From positions 320,001 to 384,000 of the forward strand of contig MTMD02000002.1 in NCBI GenBank assembly GCA_002010065.2: a DNA stretch of 64,000 bases. The letters run 5' to 3'. Each line of letters opens with the position of its first letter. Within the stretch, counting starts at the first letter, position 1. Both the position numbers and the translations under genes were made by a program. This document shows positions 17,846-25,998 of this stretch, piece after piece. This stretch comes from Candidatus Pyrohabitans jungbluthii (GTDB lineage: Archaea; Hydrothermarchaeota; Hydrothermarchaeia; Hydrothermarchaeales; BMS3B). Below the pieces are notes generated by a model. That model was not told the DNA's origin, did no database searches, and saw only the letters and a list, made by a program, of their open reading frames with translations.

Positions 17846-18585
17846 GGCTGAGCAGGAGGAGCTTTATAAGGAGCTCTGCGCTGCTGTGGCTTGGCTTTTT
17901 CGGGTTTAAGATGAGAAGAGAGGTGCCTGTCATCCGTCCTCCAGGCGCGACGAGTGATTTTCTTGCACGCTGCATACGCTGCGGTAAGTGCGGCGAAGCC
18001 TGCCCCTATGACTCCATAAAGTTTTTCGACATAAGCGCGGGCGCAAACGTGGCAACGCCCTACATAGACCCCCTTGAGACGCCGTGCTATCTCTGCCTTA
18101 AGCGCACCAGCGAGGGCAAGGACGAGCCCCTCAGCGACTACCTTCTGTGTGGCGAAGCCTGTCCCACGGGCGCACTGAAGAAGATTAAGAACGACAGGGA
18201 TACGCTGCTTTCACTTCCCGATGAGCTGAAGATGGGCATTTCTGTGCTAAACCGCGATATTTGCCTAGCCTGGCAATACGATTCCTGCGGGGAGTGCTAC
18301 TACAACTGCCCTCTACGCGACGACGCCATGCTGGATTACCCGCCAAACGAGGTTATCACAGGTGCAGTAGGGATTCGCCCCTATGTTAATGAGAAGCACT
18401 GCGTGGGCTGCGGAATGTGCAACTACGTGTGCCCCGTGAATGAAAAGATAGCAAAGGCTACGGTAGAGCCTGGAAGGAAGCTTACATACTTCGAGGAGCG
18501 CTACGCTGCCATGGTGAGAAATGTTATAGGCAAAGCAGGACGCGAAGTAAAGCTCCCAGCGGTGCGTGTGGTTAAGAGGGTGTAG
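17842..18585 (+). CDS. napG: NapG/MauM ferredoxin-type protein
   Basis: Tat-like SRRSFI; IRPPGA..FLARCIRCGKCGEACP; TPYIDP..PCYLC; CLAW..CGECYYNCP; CVGCGMCNYVCP. Confidence 0.9.
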   Translation: MRLSRRSFIRSSALLWLGFFGFKMRREVPVIRPPGATSDFLARCIRCGKCGEACPYDSIKFFDISAGANVATPYIDPLETPCYLCLKRTSEGKDEPLSDYLLCGEACPTGALKKIKNDRDTLLSLPDELKMGISVLNRDICLAWQYDSCGECYYNCPLRDDAMLDYPPNEVITGAVGIRPYVNEKHCVGCGMCNYVCPVNEKIAKATVEPGRKLTYFEERYAAMVRNVIGKAGREVKLPAVRVVKRV

Positions 18586-18586
18586 C

Positions 18587-19432
18587 ATGAAGGTAAAGGT
18601 GATAAGGCGGGTGTTTCAGCTTGCTGTGCTTGCCGTGCTCATCGCTGTGCCTATTTACACCCAGAACCCCATAGAGTGGGCGCCCTCGCGCATAGCTCTG
18701 GGAGAGCTTCCTCCCCCCAGGGTTTCTCAGGTGTGGGGTGACACCTGGAGCTTCAGCTTTTACGGCATAAACATAACCCATCCCCTCGCCGCTCTAGAAG
18801 CGATTCTCGCTGCAAAGGTGGTTTACCTCCCCCTTCTAATGGCAACGCTTCTCCCCCTGGCAATAACGCTGCTTCTGGGCAGGGTATTCTGCTCCTGGCT
18901 GTGCCCTGTTGGCTTTCTGCTGGAGCTGAATCAGAGGCTCAGGGGTTTCCTCAGGGAAAAAGGCATCGCAAAGGATGTAAAGCTGCGCGATTACCGATAC
19001 CACTTACTCGGCTTTACCTTAGCGCTTACCTTCTTCTTTGCCACGCCTGTGGTTTCCGCATTTGACCCGCCTCATGTGTTTGGAAGGGAGCTTTTCTATC
19101 TGTTCACTTACCATAGCGTAAGTTTAGGAGGCATAGCCCTGCTAATTGGAATCTTTGCATTCGAAACTCTCGCCTCTGAGCGCGCTTGGTGCCGCTCGTT
19201 CTGCCCAGCGGGAGGCCTTCTTTCTCTTCTCGGAGCGAAAAGGCTTATTAAAATACAGAAAAAAAAGGAGCGCTGCGTGCTCTGCGGGGAATGCAACATT
19301 GCATGCCCCTACAATCTGCGTCCGGTTGAGCTGGGCATAGATAAGGATTTTAATGATAAAACTTGCGATAACTGTGGGCTGTGCAGGGATGCATGCCCTG
19401 CTGGGGCCCTGTACTATACTATAAGGAGGTGA
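18587..19432 (+). CDS. napH: NapH/MauN membrane Fe-S protein
   Basis: GRVFCSWLCPVG; RAWCRSFCPAG; CVLCGECNIACP; CDNCGLCRDACP; several TM helices. Confidence 0.9.
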   Translation: MKVKVIRRVFQLAVLAVLIAVPIYTQNPIEWAPSRIALGELPPPRVSQVWGDTWSFSFYGINITHPLAALEAILAAKVVYLPLLMATLLPLAITLLLGRVFCSWLCPVGFLLELNQRLRGFLREKGIAKDVKLRDYRYHLLGFTLALTFFFATPVVSAFDPPHVFGRELFYLFTYHSVSLGGIALLIGIFAFETLASERAWCRSFCPAGGLLSLLGAKRLIKIQKKKERCVLCGECNIACPYNLRPVELGIDKDFNDKTCDNCGLCRDACPAGALYYTIRR

Positions 19433-19437
19433 AAGAG

Positions 19438-19674
19438 TTGCCAGTATCTGGAGCTGTTGTTGTGCCTGTGCCGGGCAAAGAGAAAGAGGTAGAGAAGAGT
19501 CTCAGAGCTCTGCCCGGCGTGGAGGTTAAAGGCAGGGGAAGCAAAGGTATCGCCGTTGTAATGGAGGGCGAGTCAACAAAGGAGCTGAAGAAGCTATCAG
19601 AGAAGATAGAGAAGTGGGACGACGTTGTGGACTTCCAGCTTGTGTACCTTAACGTGGAGGACGAGGTGGAGTGA
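19438..19674 (+). CDS. napD: NapD chaperone
   Basis: TTG start after SD GGAGGTGA; MPVSGAVV...LPGVEV...IAVVMEGES...LVY; located in the nap operon. Confidence 0.8.
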   Translation: MPVSGAVVVPVPGKEKEVEKSLRALPGVEVKGRGSKGIAVVMEGESTKELKKLSEKIEKWDDVVDFQLVYLNVEDEVE

Positions 19675-20783
19675 GCAAGCTAGGCTTTGTGGGTACGCCG
19701 TGTCAGATTCAGGGACTGAGAAAGGCCCAGGCTTTGGGTGACCAGCTTAAGCAGAACTGGGCAAATAGGGTAGGCTTTACTGTAGGTCTTTTCTGCATGG
19801 GCAACTGGAGCTACCCCTGTATCAAGGGTTACCTGGAGAAGCACGGGATTGAGCTTGAAAAGGTGAGGAAGGTCGAGATCTCTGGCTACGAGGTTGAGGT
19901 TTCGCTTAATGGCAGCAAGCTTGTGATACCCCTCGCTGGTTTGAGAAAGTACGTCAAGCTTGCGTGTAAACTCTGCTTGGATTTTGCCTCTGAGCTTGCC
20001 GACATAAGCGTGGGCAGTATTGGCTCACCCCGTGGGTGGAGCACAGTAATTGTGCGCTCTAAGCTGGGGGAGGAAGTGGTTACCCGAGCGGAGGCGGCGG
20101 GAGAGATTGAGACTCGCGAAGTTGATGAGGAACAGCTCGCGAAGCTCGCAGAGGTTGCCGGAAAGAAGATTGAAAGGAACACCAGGAGAATTCTAGGCAG
20201 GGCAAGACAGGGCATGTCCATACCCCACTTCAATACGAGGCTTGGCACAAGCCTTGAGGAACTCCTGCCCCTCGCCCAGGGCAAGGGCTTTACTGAGCTC
20301 TGGAATGAGATAGTAGCCACTGGGTTATGCGACGCCTGCGGCGCATGCAGCGCTGCGTGCGAGTATATAGAGATGAGAAACGGCCTGCCGAGACTTAAAA
20401 AGCGCTGCCCACAGGATTGCAACAGGTGCTACCTCGCGTGCACTCGCACCGCACTGCCTGTTAGAGCGCTGGAAAAGAATCTCGACCTTGGAGATACTTA
20501 CAGGCAGTACCTGGGCAAGTACTGGCGCGTGTTGGCGGTGCGCGCCACCAGCGAGGAGCTACTCGCCCGCGCACAGAACGGCGGCGCTGTTACAGCACTG
20601 CTTAAATTTTCTTTAACTAGAGGTTTCATAGATGGGGTGGTGCTCACCTGCAGAGGCGAAGCGTGGGAACCTCGTGCAGTTCTCGCAAGAAGCGGGGCTG
20701 ATATTTCCAACTGTGCCGGTACAGTATACGCTGCCTCAACACCTCTTCCGCTGTTTAGGCGTATTAAACTTATATCAACCTAA
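19671..20783 (+). CDS. Circularly permuted F420-binding FrhB/FpoF-family protein
   Basis: FrhB C-domain motifs come first (GFVGTPCQ, GLFCMGNW, CKLCLDFASELADISVGSIGSPRGWSTVIVR), then ferredoxin (CDACGACSAAC, CNRCYLAC), then the FrhB N-domain (LGKY, AQNGGAVTALL, AGTVY). Confidence 0.85.
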   Translation: MSKLGFVGTPCQIQGLRKAQALGDQLKQNWANRVGFTVGLFCMGNWSYPCIKGYLEKHGIELEKVRKVEISGYEVEVSLNGSKLVIPLAGLRKYVKLACKLCLDFASELADISVGSIGSPRGWSTVIVRSKLGEEVVTRAEAAGEIETREVDEEQLAKLAEVAGKKIERNTRRILGRARQGMSIPHFNTRLGTSLEELLPLAQGKGFTELWNEIVATGLCDACGACSAACEYIEMRNGLPRLKKRCPQDCNRCYLACTRTALPVRALEKNLDLGDTYRQYLGKYWRVLAVRATSEELLARAQNGGAVTALLKFSLTRGFIDGVVLTCRGEAWEPRAVLARSGADISNCAGTVYAASTPLPLFRRIKLIST

Positions 20784-20872
20784 ACTAAATTTTAATTTTA
20801 AAATCTCTTTTAAACCACTTTTTAAAAAAACCTATTTAACATATGAGGGGAAGGTGATTACCGGGTGAGAAT

Positions 20873-22357
20873 ATGAGAGCAAAATATCTCTTAATTTTCG
20901 CAATAGCTGCAGCAATGGTGCTCAGCACAGTTAATGCACAGGGATTTAAAGAACCTGGTGCACCATGCCTGAGCTGCCACGATACAGTGACTCCTGGCAT
21001 AGTGAAGCAGTGGGAGGAGAGCAAGCACAGCAAAGTCGGGATAAAGTGCTACGTGTGCCACCTCGCTAAAGAGGACGACCCCTCTGGCTTTGAACACATG
21101 GGGTATAGAGTTACCGCCGTTGTGTCGCCACGCTACTGCGAGAGCTGCCATCCCAAGCAGGTAGCCGAGTTTTCAAAGAGCAAGCACGCATGGACAGCGT
21201 TCATAGGACCACTGAAGCCCTGGTACAAAGAGATGGTCAAGCAGGGCAAGGACCCACTGAAAGTGGAGACCGCTTTGGAAGTCAACCCCAGGGACTTCAT
21301 AAGAGACAAGCTCACGCCGCTCTATCCAGACAGCGGTGCCCTGAAGCGCGCGGGCTTGCTGGACTCAAAGGACTACAACCACGAGAACCAGGTGCTGGGC
21401 TGCCTTGAGTGTCACGGCTCCTACATAATAGCCAAGGACGGCAAGATCCTGGATGGCTGGCCCAACAACGGTATAGGCAGGGTTAACCCAGATGGTAGCC
21501 TTGGCTCCTGCACCGCCTGCCACACGAGGCACAGGTTCAGCATAGCAGAGGCGCGCAAACCCGAGACCTGCGGTCAGTGCCACCTCGGCCCAGACCACCC
21601 ACAGATAGAGATATACGAGGAGAGCAAGCACGGCAACATCTATGCGAGCAGCGGTGAGGAGTGGAACTGGGATGTTCCTCCAGGACAGTGGGGTCCGGAG
21701 GATATAGCTGCGCCCACCTGTGCAACCTGCCACATGTCTGGCTTTGGCGGCGTGGTTGAGAGCACCCACGACGTAGGTGCGAGGCTCTACTGGGAGCTCC
21801 AGCCCAAGAAGTCAGTGCCCCAGTGGGACGACCCGAGCTTAGTGCCTCTGGGCAAGCAGAAGCCTGACGAGGAGCAGGCGAAGAAGGGCAGAGCAGAGAT
21901 GAAGAAGGTTTGCAGGGTGTGCCACGCCAGCGACTGGGTTGACGGCTACTTCGAGAGCTTCGACAAGGTAGTCAACGACTACAACAAGGTCTATGACTAC
22001 ACCAAGAAGCTTCTTGACACAGCCTACGAGGAGGGCTTGATAGACAAGTCCAACCCCATCGACGAGATTCCAGAGATAATGTACTACTACATCTGGCACC
22101 ACGACGGTCGCAGGTGGAGGATGGGCGCCAGCATGATGGCACCCGACTGGACCCATTGGAACGGTGCAGTGGACGCGCTACTGGACAAGCTCAACATGAT
22201 GGAAGAATGGATAAAGATGCAGCGAGAGAAGAAGCAGCTCGAGGAGCGCGTTGCTGCACTTGAGCAGAAGAAGGGCGTGTGCGGTCCCACAGCGATTGCT
22301 GCGCTTGCACTGGTGCCAATCGCCGGCTATGCAGTGCTGAGGAGAAGGAAGCTCTAA
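20873..22357 (+). CDS. Octaheme hydroxylamine-oxidoreductase-family cytochrome c with CGP-CTERM anchor
   Basis: Signal peptide; eight CxxCH (CLSCH, CYVCH, CESCH, CLECH, CTACH, CGQCH, CATCH, CRVCH); CGQCHLGPDHPQIEIYEESKHG; C-terminal VCGP-TM-RRRK. Confidence 0.9.
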   Translation: MRAKYLLIFAIAAAMVLSTVNAQGFKEPGAPCLSCHDTVTPGIVKQWEESKHSKVGIKCYVCHLAKEDDPSGFEHMGYRVTAVVSPRYCESCHPKQVAEFSKSKHAWTAFIGPLKPWYKEMVKQGKDPLKVETALEVNPRDFIRDKLTPLYPDSGALKRAGLLDSKDYNHENQVLGCLECHGSYIIAKDGKILDGWPNNGIGRVNPDGSLGSCTACHTRHRFSIAEARKPETCGQCHLGPDHPQIEIYEESKHGNIYASSGEEWNWDVPPGQWGPEDIAAPTCATCHMSGFGGVVESTHDVGARLYWELQPKKSVPQWDDPSLVPLGKQKPDEEQAKKGRAEMKKVCRVCHASDWVDGYFESFDKVVNDYNKVYDYTKKLLDTAYEEGLIDKSNPIDEIPEIMYYYIWHHDGRRWRMGASMMAPDWTHWNGAVDALLDKLNMMEEWIKMQREKKQLEERVAALEQKKGVCGPTAIAALALVPIAGYAVLRRRKL

Positions 22358-22382
22358 GCTTCCTGTTCTTTTTCCTTTTTTT
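22358..22382 (+). terminator. Oligo-T archaeal terminator
   Basis: CTTCCTGTTCTTTTTCCTTTTTTT directly after the stop codon. Confidence 0.5.
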
Positions 22383-22432
22383 GAACATGTTCGCACAAAA
22401 TTATTTTATAAGTTTGGGGGTTATTTATTACT

Positions 22433-22552
22433 ATGAAGAAGTGTGAAAACTGTCAGCGGAGCGAGGAGGAAGTCCCTGTCCTCAAGTACTATCATAAGGG
22501 CGATAAGCACTACATTTGCTCGCGCTGCCTGCCAATGCTCATTCATGGTTAG
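22433..22552 (+). CDS. 39-aa zinc-finger-like microprotein (not in the ORF track)
   Basis: MKKCENCQRSEEEVPVLKYYHKGDKHYICSRCLPMLIHG*; TTTTATAA about 25 nt upstream; two CxxC pairs. Confidence 0.75.
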   Translation: MKKCENCQRSEEEVPVLKYYHKGDKHYICSRCLPMLIHG

Positions 22553-22557
22553 GTACT

Positions 22558-23748
22558 ATGATAACACTGATACTGCGCTTTCTTGCAGCGGCGCTTGTGT
22601 ATTTTATTGTAGCGCTACTTCTGGGTATAGCTCAGCTTTTTAATCTTTCTTTCCTTACCCCTGCTCACGTCCACCTTGCCTTTGTGGGCTTTGTTTGCGG
22701 TGTTATCATCGCTACAATGTACCAGCAGGTGCCCACGCTGACCGGAGCGGAGCTTCACAGTAAGCGAGCAGCGCGGGCGAGCTTCTGGTTTTTCAACGCT
22801 GGCATAGTGGTCTTCTCCGTGAGCTACCCAAAGTTCAGACTCCTCGCATCTGCAGGCGCTTTGCTATTGCTCATCGCCTTCTATCTTTTCACCTACAACG
22901 TCATAGCAACTATTTCCAACAGGAAGGGCGAGAGCTACGTATTCAAGTTCTACTCCGCCTCGAGCATTTTCCTGAGCATCGCCTCAACGCTGGGATTTCT
23001 GTTTACAGTCAACCCCTCACTAATAAGCTATCGCCCCACCCATGTTCACCTCGCTTTAGTGGGCGGAGTGGCGCTCATTATCGTGGGCGCAATGTCCTGG
23101 ATGCTCCCCATGGTTGTGGTTAAGGAGATTTACAGCAAACGCTGGATGGACTACGTGTTCTATGCTATTGTGGTCGCATCTCTCGGCTTAGCTTTTGGTC
23201 TCGCACTTTCCAAAACTCTTGCCCTGCTTTCTGGCTTCATTTTGCTGGCTGCTGTCCTGCTCTTCATCTGTGACATGGTGAAGAGCTACACCGCTCCGAC
23301 CAAAACGGCGTTCAAATCCACGCCTGTGGAGGCCAAGTTCTTCTTAGCTGCCCTAGCCTACCTTGCGCTTACACTGCTGCTTGGCTTAGCTCTGGTGCTG
23401 TTCCCCCTAGGCAGAGGCTTTGTGATTGCCCATGCCCATCTCGCCGCCCTTGGTTTTGTGGTTCAGACGGTAATTGGCGGGCTTTACCATGTGATACCTA
23501 CACTTGCATGGACGAAGCTCATAGCCAGCGAGAAGGAACGAGCGCCCTCCTCATTTAAAGAGCTTTTCTCAGCCGAGCGCTCGCGATGGGTTTTCATAGC
23601 TTTTAACGTGGGCACCCTCCTCCTCGCCTCTGGCTTTGCTTTCGCAATCAAAGGCGTAACCTTTTTTGGCGCACTTCTTGTTGCCTTCGCATGCATCGCC
23701 TTCGCAGCTGAGATGCTGGGTGTAATAAGGAGAGCTGGCGCTATTTGA
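22558..23748 (+). CDS. Polytopic membrane protein with three repeated HxH motifs (remote heme-copper oxidase subunit I/NnrS-like)
   Basis: About 12 TM helices in three repeats: AHVHLAFVGF, THVHLALVGG, AHAHLAALGF. Confidence 0.6.
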   Translation: MITLILRFLAAALVYFIVALLLGIAQLFNLSFLTPAHVHLAFVGFVCGVIIATMYQQVPTLTGAELHSKRAARASFWFFNAGIVVFSVSYPKFRLLASAGALLLLIAFYLFTYNVIATISNRKGESYVFKFYSASSIFLSIASTLGFLFTVNPSLISYRPTHVHLALVGGVALIIVGAMSWMLPMVVVKEIYSKRWMDYVFYAIVVASLGLAFGLALSKTLALLSGFILLAAVLLFICDMVKSYTAPTKTAFKSTPVEAKFFLAALAYLALTLLLGLALVLFPLGRGFVIAHAHLAALGFVVQTVIGGLYHVIPTLAWTKLIASEKERAPSSFKELFSAERSRWVFIAFNVGTLLLASGFAFAIKGVTFFGALLVAFACIAFAAEMLGVIRRAGAI

Positions 23749-23921
23749 GCCCGCGGAAGCTAAACAATTTTGGTGAGGATGGTTGATAACCGCCACTTGG
23801 CTGCTGCCAAGCGGCTGGGTGGGTGCAGCGCCCTTATCTGGTACGGAGGGGGTAATAGGGGCGGGGAAGGCGCACCTATATCTCAACTTTCTTATACCAT
23901 GAGTCACCATAGAAGTAGGGT

Positions 23922-24392
23922 ATGAAAATTAAAAAACCTGCCACAGAGAATGAACGCGTTCTCGCAACCTTTTTGCTTGTGTTCATAGTTTATTTTGGGC
24001 TGGACTCTCTCGCGTCGCTTGTATTTACAGAGGAGAGCCTTTCCTTTCTAAGATATCGCCTCACCCTCTCCTTCATTATAGGGATAATCGCAGGCGCGCT
24101 CTTCTACCTGTGGGCAAAGCCCGAGGAGGAAGAAAAGCCTGAGGAAAAGCCAAAGGTGCTGGACAAGAGCTATGCCATACTTGAGCGCGCCCTGAGCGAG
24201 GACGAAGCTTTGCTTCTCGAGATAATCAGAGAGAATGAGGGCATAACTCAGGACTCGCTTCGCTTTCGCACAGGTTTTTCCAAATCAAAGGTAAGCGCGC
24301 TCCTGCTCAACCTGGAGAAGAAGGGGATAATCACCAGGGAGAGGCTGGGAAGAACGTACAAGGTTTTTATTGCAGACTGGATTAAGAAGTGA
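23922..24392 (+). CDS. Membrane-anchored winged-HTH regulator
   Basis: Two TM helices, then LSEDEALLLEII..EGITQDSLRFRTGFSKSKVSALLLNLEKKGII.R. Confidence 0.75.
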   Translation: MKIKKPATENERVLATFLLVFIVYFGLDSLASLVFTEESLSFLRYRLTLSFIIGIIAGALFYLWAKPEEEEKPEEKPKVLDKSYAILERALSEDEALLLEIIRENEGITQDSLRFRTGFSKSKVSALLLNLEKKGIITRERLGRTYKVFIADWIKK

Positions 24393-24394
24393 TG

Positions 24395-25618
24395 CTATTC
24401 TGAAATTGCACTCCTGTGTCTTACTTTTGCCCGATTTATGGCGAGTATCAATCCTCCTGCCATCAACCAGGCGAGGACCAGGCTCAACGCGTCCAGTCTT
24501 ACGCCTGCGAGGGAGAGGACCGGCAAGAACAGACATGCGGCGAAGACGGTCTGCGACAAGCTCTGGGGTTTAAACATCTTTATGTAAGCCATATTCGTGC
24601 TTATCAACATAAGAACGAAGAAGAAGCTGGATATCTGAGCAAGCATCCCCACGCTCGGAAAGCCGAACATAATACCAGCTAAGAGCACGCTCGCTAAGGT
24701 GGTGCTGATCTTGAAGTCAACTAGGGACATCGGCAGAATACCGTCGCCTGCCATGGCACTCATTATGCGCGAGATTACCAGTATCTGTGCATTGATTACC
24801 GACATTGAGCCCAACAGAACCCCAGCAGCAACGATATAGCTGCCCTTTAAACCCAGCAGGTATTGCGCCACCTCCGCCAGAGGAATTAAACTGCCCGCCA
24901 GCTCAGCTGGCTTTTGCGTTGCAAGGGCAACAGTGGTTACAGCAGTGTATACAAAAATCGCAATGAGCAGTGTGGCAAGCATCGCCATGGGTAAAGTTCG
25001 TTTTGGATTTCTAACCTCCCCCGCCATACTACCAACAACCTCAAAGCCGGCGAAAAGGGTAAACGTCAACAGCGAACCTTGGAGCAGCATCTTTGGGGGA
25101 GGAAGCTCTACCTGCTGAGGCAGTACTTTCCCCTGCAGAAATCCGCTCAGAATGACTAGCGACACTATCGATAAGGTCGCGGCGGTGAACACCTTCTGCA
25201 CAAAAACAACCGAACGTATGCCTATTAGGTTAAGTAGGAGGTAGAAACAGATCACCGCTAAGCCTGCCCATAAACGTGAGGTGGGGATGAAAATCCCAAG
25301 ATAGTCCGCAAAGCCTAAGGCGACAAAGGCTCCCGCAGCCGCCGCTGAGAGGCAAAAACTCCAGCCTATGAAGAAGCCTCCTGCAGTGCCGAAGGCACGC
25401 TTGACAAACACATATAGTCCGCCGGTGCTGGGGAAAGTGCTCGCTAGCCTTGCGTGGGCGAGCACCGAAAATAAAAGGCTAAACCCGGTGAAAATGAACG
25501 CCAGAGGGGCGAGAGAGCCAGCAGTCCCTGCCAGCGGCGCGATTACGGTGAAGATTCCAGGACCTATGGTTGCACCTACCCCAATGGCAAGCGCATCGCG
25601 CAGCGTTAGAACCCGCAT
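24395..25618 (-). CDS. APC-family amino acid permease
   Basis: GVGATIGPGIF, PSTGGLYVF, FAGFE, GEVRNPKRTLP. Confidence 0.88.
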   Translation of the reverse strand: MRVLTLRDALAIGVGATIGPGIFTVIAPLAGTAGSLAPLAFIFTGFSLLFSVLAHARLASTFPSTGGLYVFVKRAFGTAGGFFIGWSFCLSAAAAGAFVALGFADYLGIFIPTSRLWAGLAVICFYLLLNLIGIRSVVFVQKVFTAATLSIVSLVILSGFLQGKVLPQQVELPPPKMLLQGSLLTFTLFAGFEVVGSMAGEVRNPKRTLPMAMLATLLIAIFVYTAVTTVALATQKPAELAGSLIPLAEVAQYLLGLKGSYIVAAGVLLGSMSVINAQILVISRIMSAMAGDGILPMSLVDFKISTTLASVLLAGIMFGFPSVGMLAQISSFFFVLMLISTNMAYIKMFKPQSLSQTVFAACLFLPVLSLAGVRLDALSLVLAWLMAGGLILAINRAKVRHRSAISE

Positions 25619-25641
25619 GTACTCAGAAATGGCTATTCCTC

Positions 25642-25914
25642 CTATAACCTTTCAATTATCCCCGCCTTCTCCAATCTCTTTCTGTAGTATGCAGCAGAAT
25701 TTTCACTTCTAAACCCCAGGATTTCTTTCAGCTTAGAGTCTTTTAGCCTCCCATCCTTCATCAGAGCAAGAAGCGCCCTAACTTCTTTCTCATTCAGCCG
25801 GGGGCTGAGATCTTTAACAATTCTGTTATTTTGAGTCAATGACGCGCCCTCCCTCTTGAGGATTCTAACCCTACTTGCTAACTTTCCAGCCCCATAATAT
25901 AAATATTCCCTCAC
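25642..25914 (-). pseudogene. Truncated Lrp/AsnC-type regulator (HTH only)
   Basis: LNEKEVRALLALMKDGR...RKRLEKAGII stops immediately after the HTH; no effector domain. Confidence 0.45.
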
Positions 25915-25998
25915 TCGAGGGATTATCGACTAAATCCCCTAATATAGACATTTTTGCTTTTTTTCTCTTAGCTTGTGTCAGAGTTGTTACGGGAACTT

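Noticed and set aside
20873-22357. Marker for aerobic ammonia oxidation or anammox (true HAO/HZO)
   Set aside because: The context is nitrate reduction, there are no amo, cycA/B or hzs genes, and the crosslink Tyr is not evident.
22558-23748. Nitric oxide reductase NorB or cytochrome oxidase subunit I
   Set aside because: It lacks the HPxVY/HLWVE and adjacent HH motifs; only repeated HxH motifs are present.
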